DNA of 63,668 nucleotides, filler included, from Bipalium vagum (lineage: Eukaryota), in the NCBI GenBank assembly GCA_037834085.1. It is 3 parts of 3 records of this genome, joined end to end, with 100 filler letters (N's around TTAATTAATTAA, not from the genome) between each part and the next. Parts side by side here need not be neighbours in the genome. Positions count along the whole stretch, not along the records: positions 1 to 19,779 come from JBBMKC010267887.1; positions 19,880 to 43,722 come from JBBMKC010205932.1; 1 more part is not named here. One strand, given 5' to 3'. This document shows positions 13,333 through 27,109 of the stretch, one piece after another. Under the pieces are notes generated by a model, which saw only the letters and a list, made by a program, of their open reading frames with translations, was not told where the DNA came from and did not search any database. Position 1 is the first letter of the stretch, and each line of letters begins with the position of its first letter. The position numbers and the translations under genes are program-made.

Positions 13333-14730
13333 ACAGTCCGGTGCAAAAATAATGTCATTTTTAAGTATCAAGGCAGAAACGTACGATTATTAACTAAGTT
13401 AAAAATAAATTTTATTAATCAAAATAAATTCAAGGGATACAATGCATTTCTGTCAACGACCATCAAGTTTATTGATGCCGGTTGAAGACAATTCTTTGAT
13501 TTCTGGAGGCCATGAAACCATTACCGTTTCAGCATTGACTCGGTCCTTAAAGCGTCTATTGACAAGACTGGCTCTTAGCTGCTTAAAAATAAATGAAAAT
13601 CTGCTGAGTATTTCGTACCCAAATAAATACATTTCTGCAACATTATCTGTAATAAATGTGGAGTGTGTTGTCTTGCAAAATTATTGAACCCTTTATTTTG
13701 ATCAATGTCTGCATGGAAAGTTTCCGTTTTTCATTAATTTCTTTAATATTTAGACAGTACTTCTGTGTTGTATTAGCTTCGCCGGGGCTTCAAAAGTTGT
13801 GTAGGATCAGTTCGGTAGTGATGTCACTTCAAAACTTCGATTTCTTTCTTTTCACTTAACTAGTGTTGTATCTACTTATTATATTTCATACTTTTTCAAT
13901 TTGATTACAATAACGACAATTTACAAACAACTGCTAGGAAATCCTCTTAATAATTGTTTCTGGAAATACATCAAAGTGGTGACTATAAATGGATATTCTT
14001 CCACAATTATGCCAGAAAAACTCATTGGGTATCTTCTGGCAATAAGCCTTTGCGAGTCCCCAAAATTTACCGATGTGCAAAAAATTTCTGTTAAGCACAT
14101 CGTGGAATTTTGAGGGAATTATCCACTTTAAGTTGATTCCTAGTGTTACCTCGGAGCAGTTGGAACATGTCTCTGACATTTTAAAGATACGTTATCTAAA
14201 TTTAATAAACAGAAAAAATGATAATTCTCCCGTTCACATAGCCATTTGACCACAGCTCAAATTTAGAAAACGGAGATTGTGAAATTACTCCCAAATCCAC
14301 CATACAGTCCAGACGTAGCGCTTCAAACTCATTTCGCTCTATAGTTTTATTTTTTCTGGATAGGCGGTTTGAAAACTTACTTCCCAACTTTGCACCACAT
14401 GATCATTAGCCTGTCCCTGGAAGTTAACTGTCCTTGGTTAACTGCCAAATGCTTTATTATAATTTTGCCAGCCATTTCAGTAGCTTTTGTTTCCGATTTG
14501 AACTGGTACAAGAAAATTGTTCTAATTTGATTTTTCCATTTTCAATTAAATCGCCTAGAAAAATTTTAATTAATAAAATTCTGAAAATTACTTCTTATAA
14601 AAATAACTTTATGAAATTTAGGCTTTTGGATGGTACCAAAATATAAGTATTATTTAGACCTCTTATTTACTTCAAAATCTATTAAGTAAGTTAAACAAAT
14701 AAAAAATGATATTATTTTTTCACAAGCCTA
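13333..14730 (-). mobile_element. Composite decayed Tc1/mariner region with degenerate TIRs
   Basis: Inverted ends cagtccggtgcaaaaataatgtcattttt and aaaaaatgatattattttttcacaagcc. Mariner motifs GINKLDGR*QKCI, KGSIILQDN and SPGEANTTQKYC. Internal ORF 13934..14179 resembles a different IS630/Tc1-like family. Confidence 0.6.
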
Positions 14731-17399
14731 AAAAATCTGTTTCGAAAATCAAAAGATGCTTAAATAAATTTAAATGATATTTCTTTTTTCAACTTTTTAT
14801 AAATCAATTTTACAAAATTAAAAATAATTGGGTATTCTGAAAATATTTATACAAGACAAAAAAATAAATAAAAAATATATTTACAAAATTTAATTTTGTT
14901 TGAGTTTTTATATGAAAATAAATTCAACTTCAACGTTCTTCAATGTGCCAATTTTCTTTCTACCTTATCCCTTTCATAGTTGATATCAATTCTTACTCTT
15001 ATGTAATTAATCTGAGACGGGACATATTTGAAGACATTCACCCGGCAAGCAAAATAACTATTCCTTAACTCATATACCTCTGATTAAGATGTCTGTCTTT
15101 ACTAAAATTGAGTCTTAAAGTCTTAATGATATCTGGTTCAATGTTTGTTTAGCAAAATTCAGTAATATAGCTTATCTTCATTTATATGGAACTTTTTCTT
15201 CTATTCTTTCGTCTTTGATATAAATGTTTACTCTACAATTTTCGATAAATACTTTAGTTAAATTCCGATTTTTCTTTTAATATTACTTTTTGTTTCACTG
15301 AATTTGAAAAACTCTTAATATTTTATAAATCTCTTAATTCCCCCCAGTTACTGAAATCAGATAAAAGCACTTGACATGTTGAAATGTCAGTGAATTAAAA
15401 AATTTCTATTTGAGATCTCTAAGGATCAAAAGAAGAAAAACCAAGACTTGTCATTTAAACCCGCAGTTTCTACATCAAAAATTACTGAAAACATCAATAA
15501 GAGGTTAGTACTTGGGTTAACAATTTAAGGTGGGGTTAAAGGAAAAAAAATCAATAAATCTTTGGAAAGTGATATGAGAAAAATAAAAATATATTTCAAC
15601 CTCCGAAATTTAAATATCAGCATTTCAAGATTCTGCAAAGAAAGATGATATAGTGCGTATATTATTTATATTTAATTTAATATATAATAAATAATGAAGA
15701 AAGTTATTGATCAAATGAAGATACATTTGATAAAAACAAAAATATAAAATTGTTATTTGTTTGTGAAGCCTTTTATTTTTTTTTACTATTTTTAATTTTT
15801 ATCATTTACTTATTGTTTATCCTTTTTATGATTGCGTGAAAAAATTGTAAAATCTATATTAAAAAATTTAAGAAAATAAAATTGCAATTTATTCGGTAGA
15901 AAAGTTTTTAAAAATTTAATAATAACAAAAGCAACCAAAAAAATGAAAAATTTTTCTAAAAAAGTGCAAAATTTCTTTAAAAAAATTGCAGATTATTCCA
16001 AAAAATGTATATATCTTGTAAAAATAGTGCAAAAATTTTTAAAACCTATTTTATAAATTTCTTTTAGTAAAAATGAGATATATATTAAAAAACCTTATTC
16101 AACTGCACATGTATCATTATTATTCATTTCTTTAAAATAGGAAATAAAATAATTCCCAGATTTTCTGGTTTAAAATGTCTCTGAGTTCCAAGAATGGGTT
16201 TTAGCTTTGAAAAACTTTTCTCGATTTGAATTGAAGTTGAAGCTCATTTCATAATATTGGAGTAATTGCATTTTGGAAATCACATTTTTCTAATCTTGAA
16301 TTAAGATATTCCTTACAATTTATTGGGTCTTTATCAAAATTCATTTTCTTTATGATGGTCCCCTAAATGCAATATTATTAATAACTTTATAAATCAATAT
16401 ACAATTACATACCTTATGAGAAATTATTGTCATAACTTTTTTAAAATTAATTTTTAATTTTAAAATCAAAAGATAACTTATGTTAAATATAATATAAAAT
16501 CTTAATAAATAAGTAAATCAATAATAAAATAATTAATTTATTATTAATAATAAATTTTACAAATTGATTAAAAAATGTAAATTCTTCGATACCATAATTT
16601 ATTTTCTTAGTAAATATATAGTTAACTAATATAACTATAAATAGGAATTAATGAATTTGAAAAAATTTAGAAAAATAATTGATATTTTATTGTTTCAGAA
16701 TTCATAGGAAAAAATAATTTGGAACACTAAAATACAGAAGGTACATAAGACTATAGGGCGGTTTACAGGTTATTTGTTAGGAACACCCGTTATTTCTTAA
16801 TTAATAACAATTAACGAAAATAAAGGTATAAAATAAAGCTTTTAGTCTTTTAACCATGTTAGTTGAGATAAAAAAGCAGACAAAGGGACAAGGTGAATGA
16901 TTGCAATTTAACGTAATAGAACACGTGTTTATATATCTATGGCCTGAGCTAGAATGAAGCAAACACTGCACACTAAAAATAATTGATTACTTATGGGTAC
17001 TCCTAATAAAATAAAAAATTGATATAAAATCCATCAAAAATAACTCAAAAAGATTCACGAAATATTTCACATGATTTTTATATTAATTTATGAAGCCATT
17101 TTTAATTTTGTTAATATTTAATAAATTTAGATTGGCTGTAGATATCAACAGACAAAGTATATTATATCCATAATTAAGATAAAATATCAGTTCATTTATT
17201 ATAAAATGTTCACTTTTCATTAAAAGTTTGACTTATTAATTAACTCTTTTAAAACCATAGACTTACGTCAACCACTAATTCAACTCCAATTTTTATTAAA
17301 TTGCATGCAAATATTGAAAATATCATTCTATAGCAATAACAAAATCATCTAGTTTAGTTTCATCTTATGATTTTGTTCCAATTTCTGATGTTCATATGT

Positions 17400-17820
17400 G
17401 AGCGTAGTTTTGAATTTTCAGAAATGCAATTTTTAAACAAGCAGATAACTTTTTATATTTTTACCTGATGAGACAATAGACAACTTTATGAAAAATTATT
17501 CATAACACAACCTGGTTATGTGGGTAGGTCTACGTTTTACAAGTACTACCAGGAATTGAAAGAATCAAAATATTTCTTGACTGATGCTCTTGCTGAGTAC
17601 ATCGGCCGTAAGAAATGTCAAATATATTCAATCAGTTAACAAGTTAGTAAAAGATAATCCTCATTTGTCTGTCCGGGGAGGACCGATAACAAGATTCTCT
17701 TATTTGGACATCATGTATATTAGTTTATGAAAATGCAAGACCACATATCTCTAAAGAGACGAATATATTTCTGGCGAATATATATACTTCTACCATAACC
17801 TGTATAATCACCAGAATTTA
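17400..17820 (+). mobile_element. Decayed mariner fragments
   Basis: HTH-region remnant (YVGRSTFYKYYQELKESKYFLTD) and a LP*PV*SPEF remnant of HPPYSPDL. Confidence 0.45.
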
Positions 17821-18039
17821 ATTTACTAAATCGATGGTACACTATGTAAAAATTTTTTTGGGGCAATGATACTTTTTATCGACATTTACTTTTTAAATTA
17901 ATTATATTTGATTAAATATTAACGTCATCATATTAACATATATATTAATCTGTACTATATTTAATTCCTGGAATATATTTCTAAGAAACCAATTATTAAA
18001 TAATAGTTTTATTGGAAAAATATTATTTTATTATTATTA

Positions 18040-18940
18040 CGCCAAACAATTATTAAGACAGTTCCGTCTTTTTACAGTATATTGAATTTAAAATAAAATT
18101 TATTAACAGCAAAACTTAAAAAGTAATTGAAAGGTTTGTTACGGATTGTTTTTATATTAAATTATTCATTTTAGAACAAAAGAAGTCTCGTAATTCAACA
18201 TTATAATGATGAAAATGAAACTTTTTTTGAAAGAAAAATTGATTGTCAATATTCAAAAATTCACTGTTCATAACATAATTGCAAAATATAAAATGACATA
18301 GCAAGTTGAAAATAAAAAAGGAAGGGAAGGAAGGAAATTATTACCGATAAAGAAAAGATGAAAGTAATACGCAAGGTAAAGATAAATTCAAAATTAAGTG
18401 CTCCAAATTTGTTTATCGAAGTCCAAGGTGAGATGATGTCACCAAGTACCCAGAAAATGTATTGCATCGAGTTAGATATCTAAATAAATGTTCGAAGAAG
18501 TCATATGTGAACAAGAAGAACCAGATTAAAAGATTTGCTTGAGAGCATTTATTGAAAGATAATTCCTTCTGGAAATCAATTTTGTGGTCAGGTGAAAGTA
18601 GATATAATGTTTTTGGGTCTGGTGGAAGGTTACAAGTGTGGATAAAACCTAAAAAATCAATAAAAATGAAAAATCTGAATACTACTGTAAAACATGGTTG
18701 GTGTTGTGTTATGCTTTGGGGCTGTAAAAGTTCCTCAGGGATTGGACAATTCAAGTTTATTGATGGTATTATGAACCAAGAATACTATCAATGTATATTC
18801 TCAATAAATTTGAGACAATTAAGAAGACAAATTGGATTGAATTGGTAATCTATTCTTCAACAGGACAATGATCCAAAACACAAATCGAAATCAACCTTGG
18901 AATACATAAAGTAAAAAAAAATAAAATTTTTGGAAATCTG
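18040..18940 (+). mobile_element. Tc1-like transposase pseudogene, 3'-truncated
   Basis: ILWSGESRYNVFGSGG, TVKHG..VMLWGC..SGIGQFKFIDGIMNQEYY and ILQQDNDPKHKSK. Confidence 0.9.
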
Positions 18941-19711
18941 AGATAACCAAAGGTTTACTCTTTTTTTCATTATATTTTGAACATACCTCTTCATAGTAAC
19001 TTGTAAATACTTAAGGACTGAAAACTAATTTCCTGAATAACTAACACCATTCGTCAACCTTTGCTGTCATCAACTAAGAACTAAAGGGTCTTTTCATTTT
19101 AATGGCAAGGTATAGGGCACAATCGGTATTATCTGGAGATTAAATTAACGAATTAATTATTAGTACATCTTTTTAATTAATGAGCCTTGAAAAATTAAAC
19201 TAAAACGATTATCATTTTCTTTGATGTTGGACTTTGAAAAATTCAAGATAATGAAACTACAGCCTGCTAGTCACAATTTCGTATACCATTTTCTATGTAA
19301 GAATATGTTTGAAGAAATCTGATCATCTGAAATATCAATGGAAAGTAAAAGAAATTTATTTTTGTTTAAATCTTCAAAAATTTCCCTGAAATATGATTAT
19401 TTTTAAAAGTAATTAAATAAATATTTTTTTTCGTAAAAAATTGGCATTCGGATTTTCAAACAATAACACATTATTGCCAGATTCAGCTAAATTAATTAAA
19501 AAAGGCATTAAATTAATAATCTCATTTTTTATTAAATTATATTTTAATGAAAATGAAAAATAATCAATTTAAGTTTCCAAATTTAAACTTAATCAAGACT
19601 TGTTTAATTAAATTTAAAATCTAAAGTGCGACTGTCTTTATTTTATTAAGAATTTTTCTTTTATCTATTCAAATTCAATTTAAACATACACAAATTACCC
19701 GATAATTTATA

Positions 19712-19714
19712 ATG

Positions 19715-19779
<65 letters not shown>
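19712..19779. repeat. (AAT)n microsatellite at a contig end
   Basis: Seen directly. Confidence 0.95.
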
Positions 19780-19879
19780 NNNNNNNNNNNNNNNNNNNNN
19801 NNNNNNNNNNNNNNNNNNNNNNNTTAATTAATTAANNNNNNNNNNNNNNNNNNNNNNNNNNNNNNNNNNNNNNNNNNNN
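19780..19879. other. Artificial gap/linker N44-TTAATTAATTAA-N44
   Basis: Exactly 100 nt. The central 12-mer places stop codons in all six frames. Identical to the linker at 43723-43822. Confidence 0.95.
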
Positions 19880-19949
19880 TTACAAATATCCAATAGTAAT
19901 TTTAAAATGTTTAATTGGTCTTGTATAAATATTTAATTAACTTCTTATC

Positions 19950-20500
19950 AATATTTCATCTTATTAATGAATAATGAAAATAAGGGAGAAAGGTATAATC
20001 ACGTAACAGGCTAAATAAGATTTAAAATATTTAAGCAATATCTGCAAACCAAACAGACTTGTGGTTGCCATAAAATACCAGCATATCGAAAATATAAAAA
20101 TAGAAGGCAGTAAGGTTACATTAAACCAAAATATCAAATTAGACCGAAAGAAAAAATGTTAAATACCTGTGAAAAAAATCATTAAAGAATAATTGAATTT
20201 TTTACTTGTACACTCAAAGATTTGTATGGAAAATTATTAACTGAAATTTCTGTAAACGTATCGATATCTCTATTTGCACAAAATTATTCATAACTTGGAG
20301 TACAGTATAAAAGGACTTCAATATGTCCTGAAAGAAGAAATAGTTTAGATGCTATTTGTGACAGATTTGATTATACAAAGAAAAAAATAGTTTACGAAAG
20401 TGGAAAATAAATTGTTTATTGATGAAATGACATAAGCCGTTCAAAGCGGAGAGTATATGGCAGAGTATGTGTGGGTGAAATTTTCAGATAAGTAATTAAA
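19950..20500 (+). mobile_element. Decayed IS630/Tc1-like transposase fragment
   Basis: Remnants CPERRNSLDAICDRFDY, LFIDEM and RRVYGRVCVGE. Confidence 0.55.
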
Positions 20501-20719
20501 AAGTAATAATAATTCTTTTTGAGCAATAATTTCGTGAAGAATAAAATTAAATCCTTAAACTTTACAGACTATTAAAGTTTATTTAATACCATTAATGACA
20601 CAAATACTTTTATGAAACACGAAAATTATAATGCATTTTTTACAATTTGTGTTCATTTCTTATCAAGCCTTTGCAGGAGAATCATTTTAATAAAGTCATG
20701 TTCTTTATTGTACATTTAT

Positions 20720-23700
20720 TGTACGATTTAACACCTCTAATTTTTTCGTATAAATAAAAAATCATACACATTTTTAAGGTTTTATTCTAATTGTTACCAC
20801 TTTATATCTCATTTTTAAATATTTGTTTTAATAATATCGAAACTTAAATTGTATTAGTGGGTTTCAGCATAAATCTATTTATTTCTAAATTTTAATAAAT
20901 TTATTTTTTAGTCTAATAATGAAAAGCAGAAGCATATATTTAAAAGAAAAAATAGAAATATTAGAATATTGTAAGAAAAAGTCTAGTTTAAAGCATACTA
21001 GAGTGGCGGAAATATTTTCGCTCAAATTTTCCAACGAAGTTAATAGAAGATCAATAAAGAATTATTTAGATAATGAAAAGAAAATTAAAGAAGCCTTTTC
21101 ATCCAATGATAAATTGAAATTCATTCCATAAAATATTAAATATAAAGAAATTGATTGCAGATTAAAGGAATGGATTGGTATGGTCGAAATGAGTGGAGGG
21201 ATTTATAATGATGCTATATTACAAAAAAAGCATTAAAAATATACTCAGACATTAACGCTTCTGTTGAAATTGCTGATAATTCAGAACAGGTATTTAAGGC
21301 ATCAAATGGATGGTTGCAAAAATTTTAAAAACGTCATAATATTGCATCAAGAATTAGTAGTGGTGAAGGTTTCGAAAAATTATGTGTTAATTACGATAGT
21401 TTTATTTCAGATTTTCAATTAAAAGCTCCTTCATATAAGCCATCTGATATTTCAATAGTGACGAAACTGCTCTATTCTATAAACCTGCACAGTTTAAAAA
21501 TCTTGTTTCAAAAATGAGAAATGGAAATTACATATTCAACTAAATTTATTGAAATTCTTTTTCTTCCAAAAAATTGAACGAGACTTCAACCATGGGATTC
21601 CGGAATAATAAAAAGTTTTAAAGCAAAATATTATCATCATCTTCTATCATATACTAGTGGACAAATTAATTCTAGATTTTTAATTTTAATTGTATTTTAA
21701 TATGAATGCAAGAAGTTCTATTAACTACTTGTTATTAATATACTTTGAAATTATTCTTAATTAAAATGCTATATGAAACATTATTTTAATCATTATTGTT
21801 TAATTAAAGTTAATTTGAGTATAAATTAAATAATTTTATAAGACAAAACTTTTTTCGATTTTGAAATTAAAGCCATAATATTTAAAATTAAACGTGGAAG
21901 ATAGTTTTTAAATGTAATATTAATTCACCTTAACTTATTTTTTAGTGAAATGAAATCAGATAAATTAGGACAACGAGCCAAGGCTATGAAGTATGAAAGA
22001 CATACCTTCAAAGAAATAAGTGATGTCCTAGGTATAAGTTGCGATGCCGCATGAAATGTATGCAACTATAAGAAGATTAAATATCCTAAGAAATGTAGAC
22101 GACATAGAAAAATAAGTTCAAAAATTAAAGAAGATTGTCTAATTAATGCTTCAACGAAGATAGTACAGAGATACCTGACAACAATAGGTGCTAAATAAAA
22201 GTGATCAAAGAACCAGATCGTTTTGAGTCAGAGACACAAATACCAAAGAGTAGCAATGTGTTCCAAGTGGATCATCGAAGATCTCAATTGGAACTTAACT
22301 ATTTTTTCAGATGAAAAACGCTTCAGTATGGACGTTCCAGACAATTGGAGAACACATGTTATGCCTGGTGAATCCTCAGTTAGAGAAAGAAGGCAATGCA
22401 AAGGCGGCGATATTATGGTATGGCTAATGACATTCCCAAATGGTCTCCTAGCTTACAGAATAATTAGAAAAAAGTTCAAGGCAGTTGACTACATTGCCAT
22501 GCTTCAAGATAAACTTGTGCCATGTATGAGGTTAAATTATGGAGACAAGTTTTACTTCCAGGAAGATAATTGCAGAGTTCATAAAGCCAAAATTGTAAAG
22601 GATTTCATGACAGCGAACCATGTGAATGTCTTAGAATGGTCAGCTAAGTCTTCAGATTTGAATATCGTAGATGTCTGGAAATTAATATCGGACATCGTCT
22701 ACGACAGACATTCATTTCACAAAAAGACAGATTTAGAGAAGACCATAGTGGATAGTATTACATACGTCCAAACAAAGAAGATGGATTCAATTTTGGAATT
22801 ATATAAAGGAATCAAGAAGCGTTTATGTATTATTCTTTATAAACATGGCAATTTGTGTAATAAATCATTTAATTGATTTACTTATATTTACATCGAGAAA
22901 TATTTTGTCCTTCTCAAAATTAATATTTTCTAATAAGGTAATTTATTTATCACTACATATAATTCAATCTTAGTTTTTTTGTAATTAATGAAAAACAATA
23001 CTTTTATCTGCAAGTTCATTCAAAAAAATCTTTAATTACAATTAAAATTATCGATTAACATTTCAAAATAAAAATCGAGAACTCATTTGTTTATAGGTAT
23101 ATATTGTCAATAAAATAACACCAGAAAACATGCTGAATCGTTGTTTATAGAAATAACTCTAAAAGATGCTATTATTTACCTGACATATGATTGAAAAGAT
23201 ATTTCTCAATCAAAAATTGTAAATTGTTGGGCGAAAACAGGATTGGTAAAATCAAGAAAAACTATTGAAAATCTGGAAAGTGATAACCTTGGTGAATTAA
23301 TACAGAGATTAAAAATTATCGATCCAATTAATCAAAAAGAAATGATTGAATTGGATTTAAAACCACAAGACCACTTTTGTGATCCAATTTTATGTTTAGA
23401 TGATAATGATTTAGTTGAAGAAATAGAAACTAATGAAGACAATAATGAAGTCATTACAAAATTAAGTTTGTAAACAGTATTGAATTATTTTCATGAATTA
23501 AAATAATACGTAGTAAGTTTAGATAATCTTACAAGTGATGACATTATTTCCCTAATGAATATTGAAAAAGTCATTAATAAGCAAATGTTAAACAGCAAAC
23601 AGAGGACAATTATGCATTACTTTTCGAAGGAATGAAAATATTATGTTATAAATAAATATTTGTGGATTTTTAAAGAATTTTGTTATCTGTATTAGTGTGT

Positions 23701-23802
23701 CATATTTATTATGTAATTATTTCCCCTCTAATTTTTGCCAAATTCTAATTTTTCCAATTTTTTGAAGGTTCCCGATTGTAGTAAATATTAGAGGGTAGAC
23801 CT
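20720..23802 (+). mobile_element. Tigger/pogo-like element (CENP-B-type HTH + DDE_1), pseudogenised and split by a nested element
   Basis: MKSRSIYLKEKIEIL, FKASNGWLQKF*KRHNI, FNSDETALFYK and LQPWDSGIIKSFKAKY. It resumes after 23101 with ITLKDAIIYL..IVNCWAKTG and ends KQRTIMHYFSKE* at 23635. Outer boundaries are approximate. Confidence 0.88.
21652..23099 (+). mobile_element. Tc1/Tc3-like element nested in the Tigger element, TA target-site duplication
   Basis: ORF 22223..22876 contains IFSDEKRFSMD, GGDIMVW, FQEDNCRVH and WSAKSSDLN. Degenerate 30-bp TIRs (22/30). TA at 21650-21651 and 23100-23101. Confidence 0.88.
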
Positions 23803-23969
23803 TATATAGAATTATACTGCTATTGTTATTTTTTATAAGGTTTTAAATATTCATAAATAGTATACTAAATATTTCGAAAACCCTGTAATGTAATTTATAG
23901 TAAGTTTTGATAAATTGTTTTTCTTAATGGTTATTTATTTTTAATATATCTTTATTATTTATTCCGCAG

Positions 23970-24210
23970 AAATCTCACAGGATTGTCATTCGATCTGTGT
24001 GTATCCAAGGCCAATCTAAAGACGCTCAATGCACTATTGAAATAGGATCATTTAGCTTGGCACCTACTAATTTAAAGGTGAATAAAATTACCGGAACATC
24101 AGCTCAGATCAGTTGGATCCCATCAAATTCCAATTGGAAACATTCAGTTTGGATGAATGGTTTAAAATATTGTGATTGCTTACCAGGAGTTTACAAAATA
24201 GTGATCCAAG
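23970..24210 (+). CDS. RIMBP2: RIM-BP exon: end of FN3-1 and first half of FN3-2
   Basis: Acceptor ttccgcAG at 23968-23969. Reads [60 protein letters not shown], resembling RIM-BP APSHLRVDNITQISAQLSWLPTNSN. Phase-1 donor GTATAA at 24211. Confidence 0.88.
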
Positions 24211-27034
24211 GTATAATACATTGAAAATCTTTTTGAAATTTTGTTTTTTTGAGATATATACATGAAAAAATTTTGAATAAACTTTCAAAATATTAATTTT
24301 TATGGATTATTTTATTGATTATAAAGATCAATATATCAAGTGTTATCAATGATAATCAAATATATTCTTTAATTTTTATGAAACTTTATATTAGTCAATT
24401 AATCATCCACAGAAATCTTGTGGAAAATGAATTCATTAATTCAAATTTTTTTAAATTTCTTTTTGTAATATAAATATATAAGAATATTAAGTATAATATT
24501 CTTACAAGTGAATTCAATTATTTAAAAAGTAATGATTTGAGAAGGTCAGCCTCAACGATGTTCCTCAGCTGATTGTTGTTAACATCCTCATTCGACCATG
24601 AATTTGACGATCATTGAAGTCAATGTTTCGATTTTTTGATTTTTTAACTAATGTTAAACAATGTTAAAAATACTCTCCAAGCCTGCTGACATTTCGAGCT
24701 GTTTTGCTGTATCGAGTTTAAGTTCAAGTATATTATACGTAATTCCTCTTTTGACATTCTTTATTTTAAACAGAGATAATGTTTATTATTTTTTTATTGA
24801 TGTGTAATTAAATAAAGGTTATTATTATTTCTTATAAATTTTTTACTTTGAAATTATAAATATCATAAACTGCATTAATTTTGCAACAAATTGTTAAATC
24901 ATAATATCTCGGTTGCACACTGTTTTGGGAGAAAAAATTCCAAAATAATAATAATATAAAACGTTGCTAAAAATCACTAACTGGGTTACCAACCAGCTGA
25001 ATTAGATTTTAAAAACCTAATTTTTTTTAATTCTAAAGGTTAATTCGAAAGTATCTTTCAATACGTTAGGGTCAATTAGTTGTTAATATTAATTAGTCGA
25101 ATAATGTTAAAAATGATAAAATCATTTACAATGATCAAAGGAAAAATATATAGCACACTATTTAGTTTTTTTTAATAGGTTTAATACCAGACACTTTGCA
25201 AAAAGTCCAGGTCTATCCGATTATTGATAAATTTGGTGATAACGCTGTAAATTTTAACAACTGTTCTTATTTGGATTTTCAAACTCTGCCTATTTACAAT
25301 TCAAACGTCGAAGATGCAAAAAAACATACAGGTAAATTTTTAGATTAATTTGTTTATTCTTAGTACAATTACTGTTATACATAATTAGTGATATCCATAA
25401 ATAGTCTTTTTACCAGAAGATGCAAAATTAGCAAGATCATTACTACCTTTATATGTAATTATTATTAATAATTAATTGTTTTTGTCATCATTAAATATAT
25501 AAATCATTAATCCATTATTTTGTGGAATTTAAATTTACCAAAAATGGTACAAAATATAAGTATATGTAAAATTGAAGAGACTGTTACACATTATATTAAG
25601 TTTCAAAATAATTGTGGTTATAATGCAAAGACTTCAACTGAAAATATCAATGAAATCTATGAGGATTGCATAAACTTTTAAAATTTGATGACCTTTCTCC
25701 AGAACTTGATGTTGATTACTTTGTTGATTAAATGTTGGTTATAAATATATATTTTTGATAAAAATTAGACATTATTTATGAATATCACTAATAATAGTAA
25801 AAATGAACAGTTTCACTATTATATTAATTTAGGTGTTCATTAAAAATTTTATATATACGAGTAAAATATCAGTGATATTCCAATGTTGATTTTAATAATT
25901 TTATTTCAATCTTGGTCATATAGTAATATATATTAACAGGATGTCATATTTAATTTTAAAATACGCGGATTTTATTTTAATATATAAATTTGTTTACAAA
26001 CATATGAAGTTTTATGTTTTCATTTGTGCTCCATTTTTGATTTGTTTGGAGATGATATTTTTCTAAATAATTGACATAAAAATTTGTAGAATATCTCACA
26101 GGTATGATAATCTTTAGGGACGGAGGCAACGTCATCTCATAACATTCACTAGAAATCAAGACAAGTATGGGATTACATTTCGAGTTTGACAGAAATGAAT
26201 GGAAATAAATGAAAATGAATTTTGAGTAAAAATTAAATACTTCGATAATCACAAAGAAGAAATTAACTTATTGATAATTAAAAAATAACAGAAAGCAGAA
26301 ATGAGTTAATAATGTTTTCCTTAAATTAATATTTTAATTTTATATTTTTAAAAAATTAATTTAAAAAAATTATCTTTTTAAATTTGTTACCTCAACAATT
26401 TTATACATATGTATTTAATTTATTTTTAAATTTTTAAAAATAATAAAAAAGGAGACTATGTTGAATAATAAGACTTTTTCATGTCATAAAAATTGCCCTC
26501 CATAAATCATTTGATAATACGCCCAATTTTTTTTCATTCATTAATATATTATGCTACTTTAGATAATTAGAAGAAATTACATTCGAAAATCTTAAATTGA
26601 AAATATAACTAGTCAGTAAATAGAAAAAACTTTACATAAAATAATGTGAATAAGTAAAACGTTAATAAAAACTTTATAAATTAGATGAAAAAACTGTGAG
26701 TATGGTTTGAAAGCATATTTTGAGTAAATGTATGTTTTGTATGATACATAACTCAAATATTTCATAATTAACCTTATAAAATATTATTTTTTAATATTTT
26801 TTAATATATATTAACTATATTAACTATATATTAACTAAACTAATATATAAATATTTATTTGTCTTCATAAATATTTTAATTTTACACTTAAAAATTGACA
26901 ATTTTTAATTTAAATTATTGTAATAATTAATAACAATAATAATAATAATAATAACAATAATAATAATAAATAGTTAGAACTAAAAAAAACTTGATAATAA
27001 TAATTACGTTAATATTATGCATTGCATTTTTATA

Positions 27035-27109
<75 letters not shown>

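Noticed and set aside
14940-15400. Possible gypsy integrase remnant on the minus strand
   Set aside because: Too decayed to support.
16140-16420. hAT/ZMYM-like NIAFRG motif on the minus strand
   Set aside because: A single short motif with no other supporting residues.
19824-19835. TTAATTAATTAA as a biological motif (e.g. piggyBac TTAA site)
   Set aside because: It is centred in an exact 100-nt N gap and occurs twice, so it is an assembly linker.
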